Source: Candidatus Latescibacterota bacterium
GTDB taxonomy: Bacteria; Latescibacterota; UBA2968
DNA: 64,000 bases
NCBI GenBank assembly: GCA_965198115.1
Contig: OZ240241.1
Coordinates: 7,424,001-7,488,000 of the forward strand
Direction: 5' to 3'
In this document: positions 31,224 to 43,433 of the stretch, one piece after another
Layout: every line of letters begins with the position of its first letter
Position numbering within the stretch: position 1 is the stretch's first letter
Notes under the pieces: model-generated
Told to the model about the DNA's origin: nothing
Databases searched by the model: none
What the model saw: only the letters and a program-made list of their open reading frames with translations
Translations under genes and position numbers: made by a program

Positions 31224-31924
31224 CCTGAATCATGCATGAATTTGAGTTTAGGTTGTTTTGGAGTGATGTGATCACGCACAGGATTTGTTCTCGGCTTCTT
31301 CGGATGTCCAAGGTCCCGTAAGCGGTCTCTACGAGTCGCAAGAGTCACGATTTTCGTCCGGAACAGGTGTTGTTTTGCGACGTGTACATAGCTGTCCCCG
31401 GTATAGATCGGCGTTGTTACTGCGTGTTCGTTTCGAGCCTGGTGATGATTGACACCAAGACGTTTTTGAGTGGATACGATGTTGGAAAATGGAATCGGAT
31501 TCTTCGTGCGCTTTCAATGACTCTCGCGCCGATTTTGAGGAAACGGTTCTGTATCGTGTTGACCTGAGGTTTGGTCCACGCGGTGCCCTTGAGTCCCTGT
31601 GATCGGAGTGCGTGAAGCAAGGTGTATGCAGCACTGTGTAGAAAGAGTCGGAACTGGTTGGCTTCAAACTTGTGGCACGATGTTCGATCGGAGTGAAGGA
31701 ATGTTTTGTGGTCCTTGATGAAGCCTTCCGTGCGTCCCCTTGCGCAGTAGATACGATCATAGATAAAGCCGTCTCGATTACTCTGTAAATTGGTCACGCG
31801 GTATCTTGGATTTGCTTCGCCGTTTGTGACACCCCCTTCGCTTTGATTGTCCTACACACACAACCAAGCGTAGGGAACGATCTATGACCTTGTCATTCTA
31901 TAGTTTCACCGTTGAGAAATCCGG
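31224..31924 (-). mobile_element. Internally deleted IS1380-family element (~700 bp)
   Basis: Residual C-terminal transposase 31417-31797 (YCARGRTEGFIKDHK..SDRTSCHKFEANQFRL). Ends are CCTGAATCATGCAT and TTGAGAAATCCGG. Confidence 0.75.
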
Positions 31925-32224
31925 ATAGAGCCATAATTATAGACTGTTATTGTTTAGAACAAGTTACACGCGTGATATGCTTTGATCTGGCGCGGCGAGC
32001 GCGGGTTCCCGATTGCAACGACTCGGAGGTAGAAAAATTATGGGATACTCGAAAAAAGGCTTGACATCCAAGGAGCGTTCTGACTCGTCTATCCTAGACG
32101 AGCACCGAGCTTGTAAGTCCGCCGCGCGCGCGCGAACCGCTGCCCGGCTTCACGGCCTGACCTCCCACCGCCCCTTCGAGGTGGAAATCTTCGTTGTTCC
32201 ACGGCTGTCGTTCCCGCCGCCGGG

Positions 32225-35200
32225 ATGTCTCCCTACCTCGGCGCGCTCGCCCGGCGTCTGGTTTTGCCTGCAACGGGTACACTGGCGCTCCTGTTCGCCT
32301 TCTCCGTAGAGCCGGTCCAGGCGCAGACGCTCACCACCCTGGTCAGCAATTCCGGTCAACGATTAGTCAGCAGCAACGTAACCATCTCGACGTATGCGCA
32401 ACAGTTCACCACCGGGTCGGAGGCGTCCGGCTACACCCTGAGCAGCGTCGAGTTCCTTTACGCCGGCTCAAATAGAGAGGAGTTCGCGGCGTCCCTGTGC
32501 ACTGTCATCAGCAGTGTTCCCACGACCGATTGTACGGCGCTCACGGCTGGGGGCACTGTTACAATTGGCTTCGATATCTACAGATCCTTCACTGCACCGG
32601 CGAGTACCAGCCTCGCTGCAAGTACGACTTACGCCATCAAGGCGAAGGATCCGGACATAGCCGCCGATCTGATACGTACCCAAGACGACGGCGAGGATAC
32701 CGGGGGCGCCGCCGGATGGAGCATGGCGAACGCGTACAACTTTCTGGCGGGGAATACCTGGAGCTTAAATTCAGAAGGCAATTCGCTCGTCATCACCATC
32801 AGGGGCTACGTGGGGGTGGTGACCACGACGGAATCGGACGACGCGACGCTGAGCGCGCTGGCGCTGACGGAGGGGACGACGACGACGACGGTCACGCTGA
32901 GCCCGACCTTCGCTTCGGGCACGGACGCCTACACGGCGTCGGTGGCCAACACCGTGACCTCGGTGACGGTGTCGGGGACCGCGAACGACGCGGCGAACGG
33001 CGCGACGGTGGCGTACTCGGGCACCGATGCGGACAGCGCGGCCGGCCACCAGGTGGACCTGGACGTGGGTTCGAACACGATCACGGTGACGGTGACGGTG
33101 ACGGCGGAGGACGACAGCACGACCGAGACCTACACCGTGACGGTGACGCGGAGGCTTCCGTCGGACGCGACGCTGAGCGAGTTCCTCATTACCGACTTAT
33201 TAAGCGGGAACCTCCCCAATCCCACTCCGATAGGCACCTGAACTCCGTCCTTCACGAGCGGCACGACGAGCTACACGGCGACGGTCGACAACGACGCTAA
33301 CGCGGTGTCGGTGGTGGCGACCGCGAACCATTCGGGCGCCACGGTGGTGATATTGCCGGCGGATGCGGGCGCCGTTACCGACGGCCACCAGGTGGACCTG
33401 GACGTGGGTTCGAACACGATCACGGTGACGGTGACGGCGGAGGACGGGACGACAACCCGGACCTACACGGTGACGGTGACGCGCGCGGCGGCGACCAATA
33501 ACGCCCCGGAATTCTCCGCGGGCGCCACCGCGACGCGGAACCTCCAGGAGACCGTCGGCGACGCGACCGTGTCGAGCGCGGCGGACTTGGGCGCCGCCTT
33601 CACGGCGACGGACGACGACAGCGACACGCTGACCTACAGCCTGGAGGGGGCCGATGCCGGGAACTTCACCGTCAACGCGAACACGGGCCAGCTCCGCACG
33701 AAGGCGGGGGTGAACTACGATCACGAGGCGAAGTCGAGCCAGGCGGTGACGGTCAAGGTCGACGACGGCAACGGCGGCACGGACACCATCGCGGTGACGG
33801 TCAACGTGACGGACCGGGACGAGCCGCCGGTGAAGCCCGATGGGCCGAGCGTCTCGGCGATGCCGGGGAGCGCGACGAGCCTGGGTGTGGCCTGGACGGC
33901 GGCCGGCAACGCCGGCCGCCCGGCAATCCAGAGCTACGACCTGCAGTACCGCGAGGGGACGAGCGGGAGCTGGTCGAACGGCCCGCAGAACCGGACCGGA
34001 ACCAGCGCGGCGATCAGCGGCCTCGACGAGGAGACGGCCTACCAAGTGCGGGTGCGGGCGACGAACGCCGAGGGCGACGGCCCCTGGTCGGAGCCGGGCT
34101 CGGGACGCACCGCGGCCCCGGGCGGCACCCCGTAGAGGTGACGCTGCAGCTCAGCGATGCGGATGGCTACGTCATCGAGAACCACGGGAACGTGACGGTT
34201 TCGGCGGACCCGGTGGCGCCGGCGACGGCCGGCGACTTCACGCTGAGCACCAACCGGGTGCTGAGCTTCGCCGCCAACGCCACCGCGAGCACCGGGACGG
34301 TGAGGATCAGGCCGGTTGACGACGACGACCCCGAGCCGCACGACGTGGTGACGATCTCCGGCGCCGTGTCGAACGTGGCCATCCCGGACCCCGACGACGT
34401 GACCCTGACCATCACCAACAACGACGCTGAAGCCTTCGACGTCGCGGTCAGCGCACCGGCGGCCGTGGACAAGGACGCGGGGACGGCGGCCGTGACCTAC
34501 ACGCTCACGACCCGGCAGAACAGCGCCCCGGTGATCGACGTGGACATGTCATATGAGCTTGATCGTGCGGAAACCGCCACGCGCGGCGACGACTACACCC
34601 CGCCGGCCGGCACCTCCTACGGTGGACTACTCGTGTTATTCGACAACGTGCCGACCTCGGCGTTCTCCCCCAACGCCGCGGGCACGGCCTGGGTGGCGGA
34701 GCGTTCCTTCACGATCGGCATCGTCGACGACCAGGAAGTCGAGAGGGACGAGACCATCGTGTTCCGAGTCGACACCAATGCGGACCGGTCGCCCGCGCAC
34801 ACCATCACCATCCGCGACGACGACGGCATCGTCCCCGGCAAGCCCACGGGCCTTCAGGCCGCGGCCAAGAGCCAGACGCGGATCCAGCTTGCCTGGACCG
34901 CCCCGGCGGACGTCGGCAGCTTTGCGATCACGGGCTACAGGATCGAGGTCTCCGAGAACGCGGGCTCGAGCTGGAACGTCCTCAAAGGCCACACCGGCAA
35001 CACCCGCGTCGACTATGCCCATACCGGGCTTTCCGACACGCGGCACTACCGGGTGTCGGCGATCAGCGCCGCGGGCACGTCGCGCCCCTCGGGCGTCGTG
35101 TCCGCCACCACCCTTTCAGCGGGCCCGGCCGCGACGAACTCCGCGCTTCCCCCGCCGCAGGACGTGAGAGGGCAGAGCCCAAACTGCCCGGCGAGATTCT

Positions 35201-38200
35201 CTTGAGCTGGTGGAGAAACCCCGACGCCGAATCGCACGCCCTGGTCGATCTCCACCAGTACCGGTACCGCGTCCGCGACGCGAACACCTGGAGTGAGGAC
35301 TGGACCACCGTTAACCAGACGATGATTCCCGCGACGAACGAGATAAGAAACTACAACTCAGTCCTTCTGAAGGATTTGGACGCGGGGACGGCCTACGAAT
35401 TCCAGGTGCGCTCGGTGGACACGGCCGACCGCTACAGCGCGGCTGTCACGGCCTTGGGGACGGCGGTAGGTCAGCAAACGATCTCGATCGAAGCGCCATC
35501 GGGCTCGGTGACCGAAGGAGACCCGCTGCGCTTCACGGTGTCGCGCAACCAGCCCCACGGCACGCTGGACGTCGCGGTACGGTTCAGCGAGACCGGCAAC
35601 ATGCTCCGGCCGGACCAGCGAGGACGCAATTGGTTCTCCAGGATCGTCCGTTTCGGGGACGGGAACGCGACGATACCGGCGGTCGTGGAAACCGTTGACG
35701 ACGGCGACGCGTCCGAGCCGGACAGCGAAGTCACCGCCGAGGTGCAGCAGGCTACTTCCCATCCGCACGGACATCTGTACGAGGTCCACGGGAGGCGGGG
35801 CTCGGCGACGAAAACGGTGACCGCCTCCGGGAGTTCGTCACGCGCGGAGGAATCGAGTTCGGCGCTGTCGGTGGCGGACGCGGAGGCGACCGAGGGTGTG
35901 GACGAGACGCTGGACTTCGTGGTGAGGCTCGACCCGAAGCCGTCGCGGGAGGTGACGGTCGACTACCGGACCGAGGACGGGACGGCGACGGCGGGCTCCG
36001 ACTACACGGAGACGCGCGGCACGCTGACCTTCGCGCCGGGCGAGGACGAGAAGACGGTGTCGGTGCCGATCGCGGACGACGCGGTGGAGGACGACGGGGA
36101 GACGTTCACGCTGGTGCTGAGCAACGCCTCGGGCGCGGACTTCGCGAAAAACGACAACGAGGCGGTGGGCACGATCCGGAACACCGAGACGACGGCGCAG
36201 CCGGACCTGACGGCGTCGTTCGTGGGCGTGCCGGAGGCGCATGACGGCGAGAGCGGGATCCGCTTCCGGGTGGAGTTCAGCGACGAGATCAGGATCAGCT
36301 ACAAGACGCTACGCGACACGTCGTTCACGTTGACGAACGGCGACATCACCGGAGCGCGGCGGGTGGACGGCCGCCGCGACCTGTGGGAGATGACGGTCGC
36401 GCCGGCGCCGGAGCCGTTGACGATCCGGTTGCCGGAGACGCGGGACTGCGCCGCGAGCGGCGCGGTGTGCACCGGCGACGGACGACCGCTGTCGCATTCG
36501 CTGACGGCGACGGTGGCCGTCGCGGCGGCCATCTCGGTGGCCGATGCGCAGGTGGAAGAAGACGACGGCGCGGTGCTGGCCTTCGGGGTGACGCTGGATC
36601 GCGCGGCGGGCGGCACGGTGACGGTGGACTACGCCACGGCCAACGGCACGGCGACGGCGGGGGAGGACTACACGGCCACCAGCGGCACGCTGAGGTTTCC
36701 AGCCGGCGAGACCTCGAAGACGATCGAGGTGGCGGTGCTGGACGACTCCCACGACGAGGGCGAGGAGACGTTGACGCTGCGGCTCTCGAACCCCGTGGGG
36801 GGCCGGCTGACCGACGGCGAGGCGACCGGGACGATCGAGAACCGGGACCCGCTGCCGAAGGCGTTCATGGCACGGTTCGGGCGGACGGTGGCGGTGCAGG
36901 TGGTCGAGCAGGTGGAGGAACGGATCCAGGCGCCGCGCCGGACGGGTTTCGAGGGCCGGGTGGCGGGCCGGGAGCTGCGGCGGGGGATGGAGCGCGAGGT
37001 GGCGCTTGGCTTCCTGAACCGGCTCGGCGGCCTGGGCGGCGCGAACCGATACGGTGCGGGCCCTGACACTCCGATGGCCGGCTCGCCGGCTGGCGGCGCA
37101 ATGCTCGGGAGGCCGGGGCCTTCGGGCGGCGGCCGGCTCGACATGGGACTCGGCTCGATGGGATTCGGCGGCGACAGCCTGCTCACCGGCTCGTCCTTCG
37201 CGCTCAACCGCGAGACCGGCAGCGGCGGCATCCTGTCGTTCTGGAGCCGGGGGGTGCAGTCGCAGTTCTATGGCCGCGAAGGCGATCTGTCGCTCGACGG
37301 CCGGGGTCGCACGACCATGTTCGGCGCCGACTATGCGACCGGTCCGCTGCTGGTGGGCCTGTCTCTGGCGCACAGCCGGGGGCGGGGCGGCTACTCGGGA
37401 GCCGACGCCGGCGTGGTGACCTCGTCGGTGACGGGCCTCTACCCCTGGCTGGGCTACAAGGTGACCGACCGGATCACGCTGTGGGGCGTGACCGGATACG
37501 GCAAGGGCGCGCTGTAGTTGACACCGGGTGAGGGAACAACGCTCAAGAGCGGATTGTCGATGGCCATGGCGGCGGGCGGCCTGCGGGGCGAGCTGGCGGA
37601 TTCGGTGGTGGGTGGCTTCGGGCTGGCCTTCAAGGCCGATGCGCTGTGGGTCGGCACGGGCATCGAAGGCGTGGAGGGTCCGGCGGGCCGGCTGGCGGCG
37701 ACCGCAGCCACGGTAACCCGTTTCCGGACCGGGCTGGAGGCCTCGCGCGGCTACAGCATCAAGCGCAGGTTGTCGCTTGAGCCCAGACTGGAGGTCGGAC
37801 TGCGGCGCGACGGCGGAGACGCCGAGACGGGCGCCGGTGTGGATATCGGCGGCGGGCTGATCGTATCGGACACTCTGAGCGGACTGTCGGCCGACGTGCG
37901 GGTCCGGATGCTGCTGGTGCACGAGGCGGAAGGGTTCCGGGAGCGGGGCGTGTCGGTGTCGTTCAGCTACAACCCGACGCCCCAGACGCCGCTGGGCTCT
38001 TTCTGGCGAGTGACCCCGTCCTGGGGCGGACAGGCTACGAGCGGAGCCGAGGCGCTGTGGGGGTGCGAGACGATGGCGGGAATGGCGCACGGCGGCGCGT
38101 CAGCTGGCAACCGCCTGCAGGCCGAACTGGGCTACGGGCTGCCGGTCGGGAGCCGGCTGGTCGGCACGCCGCGGTTCGGGGTCGCGACCTCGGAGTACGG

Positions 38201-38348
38201 GCGGGACTACCGGCTGGGCTACGGCATGACCCTGCTGGAGCGGGACTCGTTGGGCTTCGAGCTGGGCGTCGACGCGCAGCGCCGGGAGAACCCGCTGCTG
38301 GGCGGCACGGACAACGGGGTCCTGGGCCGGGCCACCGTGCGGTGGTAG
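32225..38348 (+). pseudogene. Large adhesin/autotransporter (cadherin-like beta-sandwich x2, cadherin, FN3 x3, Calx-beta x2-3, C-terminal beta-barrel), split into 5 ORFs
   Basis: Signal peptide ending AQA; DATLSAL...VTAED; NNAPEF..ATDDD; FN3 W..Y..YRV; VDY.T.DGTATAG.DY; terminal ...ATVRW. Breaks at TGA 33239-41, a frameshift near 34135, a frameshift before ~35200 and TAG 37515-17. Confidence 0.8.
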
Positions 38349-38483
38349 GAGACACGGTTTCCAGGGAATGGACGCGACGGGCCGGAGGATGTAAGGCGGG
38401 GTCGTACCATCCGGCGTCCTGGACGACCGGAACGCTTCCCATCCCGGAAGTCCTGCCAAGAGCGAAAGGTTCCGGAATGAGCC

Positions 38484-39072
38484 ATGACCCGTCACTACTC
38501 GACCCGGAGCTTCTTCCGGCAGGTGCCGAACGACTTGCTGGCCCGCTACTTCAAACGCCGGGGGTTGCTCGGCGATCTGGACTTTGCGGGATTCGGCGAA
38601 ACCCCATCGGAAAGGCTGTTTGCGGCCTGGCTGGAGCGGTCCGAGGAGGAGCGCCAAGCCGTGGAGGCCGAGTTTCGGGAGATCTTCGAGATGAGCTGCG
38701 AGAAGGGAGTCGCGGCCATCCTGGACGAAGCGCGCTGGCAGTGGCGCGACGATCCCGACGGGCTGAGGGCTTTCGTCGAAGAGTTTTCGGCACTGCCGGG
38801 CCACTCTCACCGGGCCATGGCCACATACCTCGATCACCCGGAATGCTGGACGGGGGCCACGCGGTTCTATCATGCCGACGCGCTGCCCCACTGGCGCAAG
38901 CGCAAGCATTTGGGACACCGGCCGGCAGCGGTGGACGTAGCGAGTCTCGAGCACCTGGCCGACCTGATCCGCACCTATTTCCACAGCAGTGAGGGCCGGG
39001 GCAACCACTGCGTGGTCGAATCCTACCGGCGCAGAGAGCTCGACTACTTCTTCGCCTACCCGGAGGACTTCT
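38484..39072 (+). pseudogene. Conserved hypothetical protein of integrative-element type, truncated by IS256
   Basis: MTRHYSTRSFFRQVPNDLLARYF...GRGNHCVVE..DYFFAYPEDF runs into the IS256 end at 39073. Confidence 0.6.
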
Positions 39073-40502
39073 GGGCAATGTCTTTTTCGCTGTTGAAATT
39101 GGACAGCGGCATGTGATGGTTTCAGGCGGCTGCAGGGCGTCCTTCAACGTTCCCGTCGAGGGCGGCATCGTGCGTCTGAAGGGCGACCACAAGCTTGGTC
39201 ATCTGGCGGTAGCCCTTGAGTCGCCGGAAGCCCCGTTCGGCTTCCAAGGCACCGGCGGCGCTCCAGCGCAGGATCATGCGGCCGCTCTTCCATCGCTTGA
39301 CGCGGCCTGAGAGTTGGCGCAACTGTCCGATCAGGTTTTCGATGACGTTCGTGCTCGAAAGGGTGCGCTCCAGGGAAGATCCACCGAGGCCCAGGCGTTT
39401 GACCGTCAGCAGATCCTCGAGCCCTTCGCGGAGCGAGGCGGCCGCACCGGGGTGCTGCTCGTCCAGGCTCCTCGCCAGATTCTTCAGCATACGCTCGGCT
39501 AGTTCAGGATCTTCGGCTTTGAACGCGTCTTTCAGGGCGCGCTTCACCGACCCCCGCTTGCCCTCCGGCAGCGCGTCCAACACGTTCCGCTTCTTATGCT
39601 CCTGGCATCGCTGGATGAGCGCGCGTCTTCCGAGGACCGACCGCACAGCCCTGTAAAGGGCCTTGCCGCCGTCGATCACCACGAGGATAGCCCGGTCGGT
39701 GGGGAGGCCCCGCTCTACAAGGTCCTCCAGCAGGGCCGTGCAGGTGGCCTTGTTCTCCGTCGCCCCTTCCCAGAGTCCGAGCACGTGCTTCTGGCCTTGG
39801 CCGTCAATGCCCACCCCCGCCACAATGACGTGATCGCCGGCATAGTGGACGCCGTCGAGCATCAGCACTTTCAGGCCCAGCTCGGACAGATCGCGCTCCA
39901 TCAGCGTGGCCAGTTTCCTGGCTGTCCCACGGACGAACCGGCCACTTACCGCGCTCCGACTGGTTCCACGGCCCACAAGGACCTCAGGCACCTCCTCCAG
40001 AGAGCGCCGGTACTTGCGCGTCGACACCCCGACCAGCATCTGTTCGATCGCACGCGCCTCAAGCGGGTCCCTGGCCGACCACGATTCCCAGCTCGGCAGC
40101 GACACCTCTTCCCCCGAGGTCGTCCGCACCCGAGGCCGCTTCACCTTGACCAGCCGCCCACCCAGTACCAGGGAGCTGGGCACATGCCCGCCCCGGTGAG
40201 CCTGTCGCTCTTCCGTGTGCCGATAACGAGGCCCGCACACCTGCGTCCGCTCCGACTCAAGCACCTCAATGACGTGCGACAACCCGGACACCAGAACCGT
40301 GTCCTACAGACTCTCTCGAACGAACGCACCAAGCGCCTGACTCAGTCCCGACTTGACGTTTCCCTGTTGCCGACTTGCTTTCTTACTGACATTCTTACCC
40401 ATGGTGGTAGCTCCTCTTTGATGTGAACTACTTCCCACCCGAATCATGGGATTCGGGCGGAGGAGCCGCCACCCAATTTCAACAATCTAGGAGACTTCGC
40501 CC
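39073..40502 (-). mobile_element. IS256-family element; transposase 39122-40402 has an in-frame TAG at 40304-40306
   Basis: GVSTR, LDG, VIDGGKAL, QRCQEHK, SLREG, TNVIE. Imperfect TIRs GGGCAATGTC..TGTTGAAAT and GGGCGAAGTC..TGTTGAAAT. Confidence 0.88.
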
Positions 40503-40640
40503 TGGCAAATGCTGCTCAAGTTTGTGGATTACCTTGAACTTCACGCTGTTCAGATTGCTGTATGACTTGATGATTCGGTGCCAAAGTAAAGAGGCCGCGA
40601 TTCCCATAACAGGTATAAGGGCTTCTGGGTTTTTTCGGAT
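40503..40640 (-). pseudogene. Fragment of a RipA-like small membrane protein
   Basis: My translation: LIPVMGIAASLLWHRIIKSYSNLNSVKFKVIHKLEQHLP, cut by IS256. Family assignment is from recalled motif only. Confidence 0.45.
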
Positions 40641-40959
40641 TCACCCTGCTGACATCAGGCGATCGTCGATGCCACCCTCCTGATCCTTCAGATCCGGGTT
40701 GTCGGGCAACACCTCATTATCGTGGCTGACCGTAACAGAGCACGCAGCCCTAAAGGTAATGGCGTGGTACTTGTCGTGTCCAACAGCTGACAGTGGAAGC
40801 AGAATGGAAGCAGGCAGGGATTAATGCAGAACAACGGGTTACATCGTAATGACATAACCCGTTGTTTTACCATCACCAGCGTCCAACCCTGCCTCGGTGA
40901 CATCTGCGTCACGCTGGTGTAGACCTTTCAACTCGACAGAACCGGGCCTGTTGGTATCT

Positions 40960-41060
40960 AAGGGGCGGCCTCGGTCCCGCGGGCAGCTTGGGGTGACGGA
41001 GAGTGCGTTGCGCTACCGGCTGAAGAAGCTGGAGCAGGGGCCGAGGAGCGGGTGGGGGTG
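40960..41060 (+). mobile_element. Transposase N-terminal HTH remnant (IS21-like)
   Basis: GQLGVTESALRYRLKKLEQG. Confidence 0.4.
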
Positions 41061-41299
41061 GGCCACGACCCCAGCCGCGTAGCCGCCTAAGTCGAGGCGT
41101 GGGTCGACGCGTCCGAGGAGGACCCCCGGGAGATTTCTCATCTCCGGCCTCTTCGCACGAGCAAATCACTGGTCAGCGGTCTCTTTTTGTTACAACGCCG
41201 AGCAGGTCGAGGCGGCCCACAGGCTACTGCAACGCCAAAGCAGCCCAACCTCAAAGCCCCAGAAGGAGCTGTCCCGAGCAGCAATCAATGACGCCTTCA

Positions 41300-41680
41300 A
41301 GGCTGCCGCCAGGGCGCTTCGCGACCAGGTCAAGAACTGGAACGGACCACGGTTCGAGGAGGCCGTTCGGCAGGCCTTTCGAGACCAAGGCTACGCGATC
41401 AAAGATCATCGACACTTCGACCGCCAAGGGCGGCGACGCCGACATCCTCGTATCGCCTCCGGCAAGTCTTTATGGCCTGTTCCTGCCTGCGGAGATCGCC
41501 GTGCAGGTGAAGTGGAGACAGGGCGTGGACGAGTACGATGAGGAGTCCGTCAGGCAAATCGTCAAGTGGGCGGAATCAGAAGGCAGCGCCGCTGGGAAGT
41601 TCGTGATCAGTTCGGCATCGAGATTCACCGACAAGGCGCGCGAACTGGCGGCTGCGAACAACGTCCATCTGATCGGTGCT
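41300..41680 (+). pseudogene. Mrr-type restriction endonuclease catalytic-domain fragment
   Basis: GGDADILV...IAVQVKW...SVRQI...ISSASRFTDKARELA..NNVHLIG (PD-QxK Mrr_cat pattern). Confidence 0.6.
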
Positions 41681-41895
41681 GGAGCACGTCTGTCACAGCC
41701 TCCAGACCCAGCGGGATCAACGCCTGGATCACTGATAAACGCGTCTCCAAATCGATGACGTCTGCGTCAACCTTGACTTCCCCATCGCCTGCAAATAGCT
41801 TCTCCATCCTGGGCTCCTTTCTTACGGGTCCTACACGCGTACCCACAACGTAAGTTTGGAGCCCTCTAAGTTTCAACTACGATAGGGACCTCACC
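41678..41895 (-). mobile_element. IS256-like left end with transposase N-terminal remnant
   Basis: LETRLSVIQALIPLGLEAVTDVLQ. End sequence TTTCAACTACGATAGGGACCTCACC resembles the IS256 TIRs seen nearby. Confidence 0.55.
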
Positions 41896-42078
41896 ATCAG
41901 GAAAAACGGTAATGGACAGTGTGAAATCAGACATCAATAACTCGGTGGTCATCGTTGAGCCTCGGTATGTTATGTTTTTAGCCATCTCGTTCCTCCCGAG
42001 CCCGAAATGACCGGGAGGCTTCTATAGGATTGTATATAATCCCCCCCCCAAGAGTCAAATTCATGAAGGAGAGTCCGC

Positions 42079-42279
42079 ATGCAGTGCATTTGTCCCGTCA
42101 AGGATTGCGGTGCGGTAATCAACGTTTCGCCATCGAACGATCCAGTCGTCACCCGATTGTGTCACAAGTGCGATTCCATTCTCAACATCAGGATGGCTAA
42201 CGGCAGGGCGTCCAGCATCGAGATCGAATTTTCCCCAAGCCAGGATTGGAAATCGGGCATAAGGACCAAGGGGACGTGA
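42079..42279 (+). CDS. Small Cys-rich (zinc-ribbon-like) hypothetical protein
   Basis: AGGAG RBS; CPVKDC...CHKC. Confidence 0.45.
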   Translation: MQCICPVKDCGAVINVSPSNDPVVTRLCHKCDSILNIRMANGRASSIEIEFSPSQDWKSGIRTKGT

Positions 42280-42329
42280 AAAGGGCAAGCCTGCGCGAGG
42301 CGGTTCGCCGGTCGGCAGTACCCCCTGCG

Positions 42330-42492
42330 CTGGATCGAGGTCTTTTACGAAACGCCCCTGGGCAAGATCCTTCACGGCGACGCTCGCTGCTGGCTCTTCA
42401 ACGGCGTTCCCGAGAAGTCGGTCGATTTGATCATGACCTCGCCTCCTTATGGCCTTGTCAGCAAGAAAGGGGGATTATTGGGCCAAGGATGA
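42330..42492 (+). pseudogene. N4/N6 DNA methyltransferase N-terminal fragment (beta class, PvuII-like)
   Basis: My translation: FYETPLGKILHGDA...VPEKSVDLIMTSPPYGLVSKK, then an early stop. Not in the ORF track. Confidence 0.7.
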
Positions 42493-42920
42493 GCGTTGTA
42501 TCACCTTGGCCGATGTTGATGTGAATGATTTCCAATCCTCCTGCGTAGCTGTTCCCGATAATTAGCGAGCACGCAAGCAATGCATTCAGCTCCTCATAAA
42601 CCCTCCTTCTCACTGGTCTTAGTTGATTGCCTTAACATCCTGTGTTCCAAAAGCGAGAAGCAGGACGGTGGCTGACACAAGAGCAAATCTGCACATTACT
42701 TCCTCCTGACTTTGCCACATACGCAAAAGGGCGCACTTCCCCAATGGGCCAGTCATCCCACTTCTTGTCCACGTCACCTCCCAAAGGTAACTTACTCATG
42801 CGCATTCATTATCGAAGTCGACTGGCTGGATACGTCCAGTCTGCCAGCAATGGCGGAGTGTATCCAGCCGGTCGAATGCTATGGTTCCGGTCGCTGAAAG
42901 GCCCGGACTGGCCCCAGAAA

Positions 42921-43433
42921 GTGCGCCCCTCTGTATCCTCAAGATTTCCTCACCTGTTTATCAGATTGCGACCTTTATTTGCTACGTTGGCCGTTTTGAC
43001 TCTCTTTGGAGGCGGCTGCGGCAAAGAAGACCCCATTTCTCCAGACGAGGAGCATTACGAAGCCGAAGGTCTTGTCCTCGTCGACTCGGGAAACCGGTTC
43101 TTCCGATACTTCCAGGGGAAAATCGACGCCGGCGACGGGCGGGTAGACCACCTCGAGGTCCCTCACGGCGAACTCACCAGCCACTGGAGCATCTGGTTCC
43201 TGGATGCGAACGGCGCCGAAATGGCCCCGCCGAGCGGCCCGGCGTTCGAATTCACGTGGGTCATCGGCGATCCCTCGATCGTGGAAGTCGTTCAGGATGA
43301 GGGCGAGGAAGGAACGTTCGAATTCCATCTGCGCGGGCTCAAAGTGGACGAAACCACCATTGTGTTGCAGATTTCGCACGAAGGCCACGCAGACTTCCGC
43401 ACTATCCCGATCCCGGTCCACGTGGAAGCTTGA
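42921..43433 (+). CDS. Lipoprotein, probable partner of the downstream TonB-dependent receptor
   Basis: Signal peptide LAVLTLFGGGC followed by EEHYEAEG...HEGHADF. Start uncertain. Confidence 0.65.
   Translation: MRPSVSSRFPHLFIRLRPLFATLAVLTLFGGGCGKEDPISPDEEHYEAEGLVLVDSGNRFFRYFQGKIDAGDGRVDHLEVPHGELTSHWSIWFLDANGAEMAPPSGPAFEFTWVIGDPSIVEVVQDEGEEGTFEFHLRGLKVDETTIVLQISHEGHADFRTIPIPVHVEA

Noticed and set aside
42500-42920. Zur/Fur box or riboswitch upstream of the lipoprotein-TonB pair
   Set aside because: Expected from context, but I could not find a convincing palindrome or aptamer consensus.
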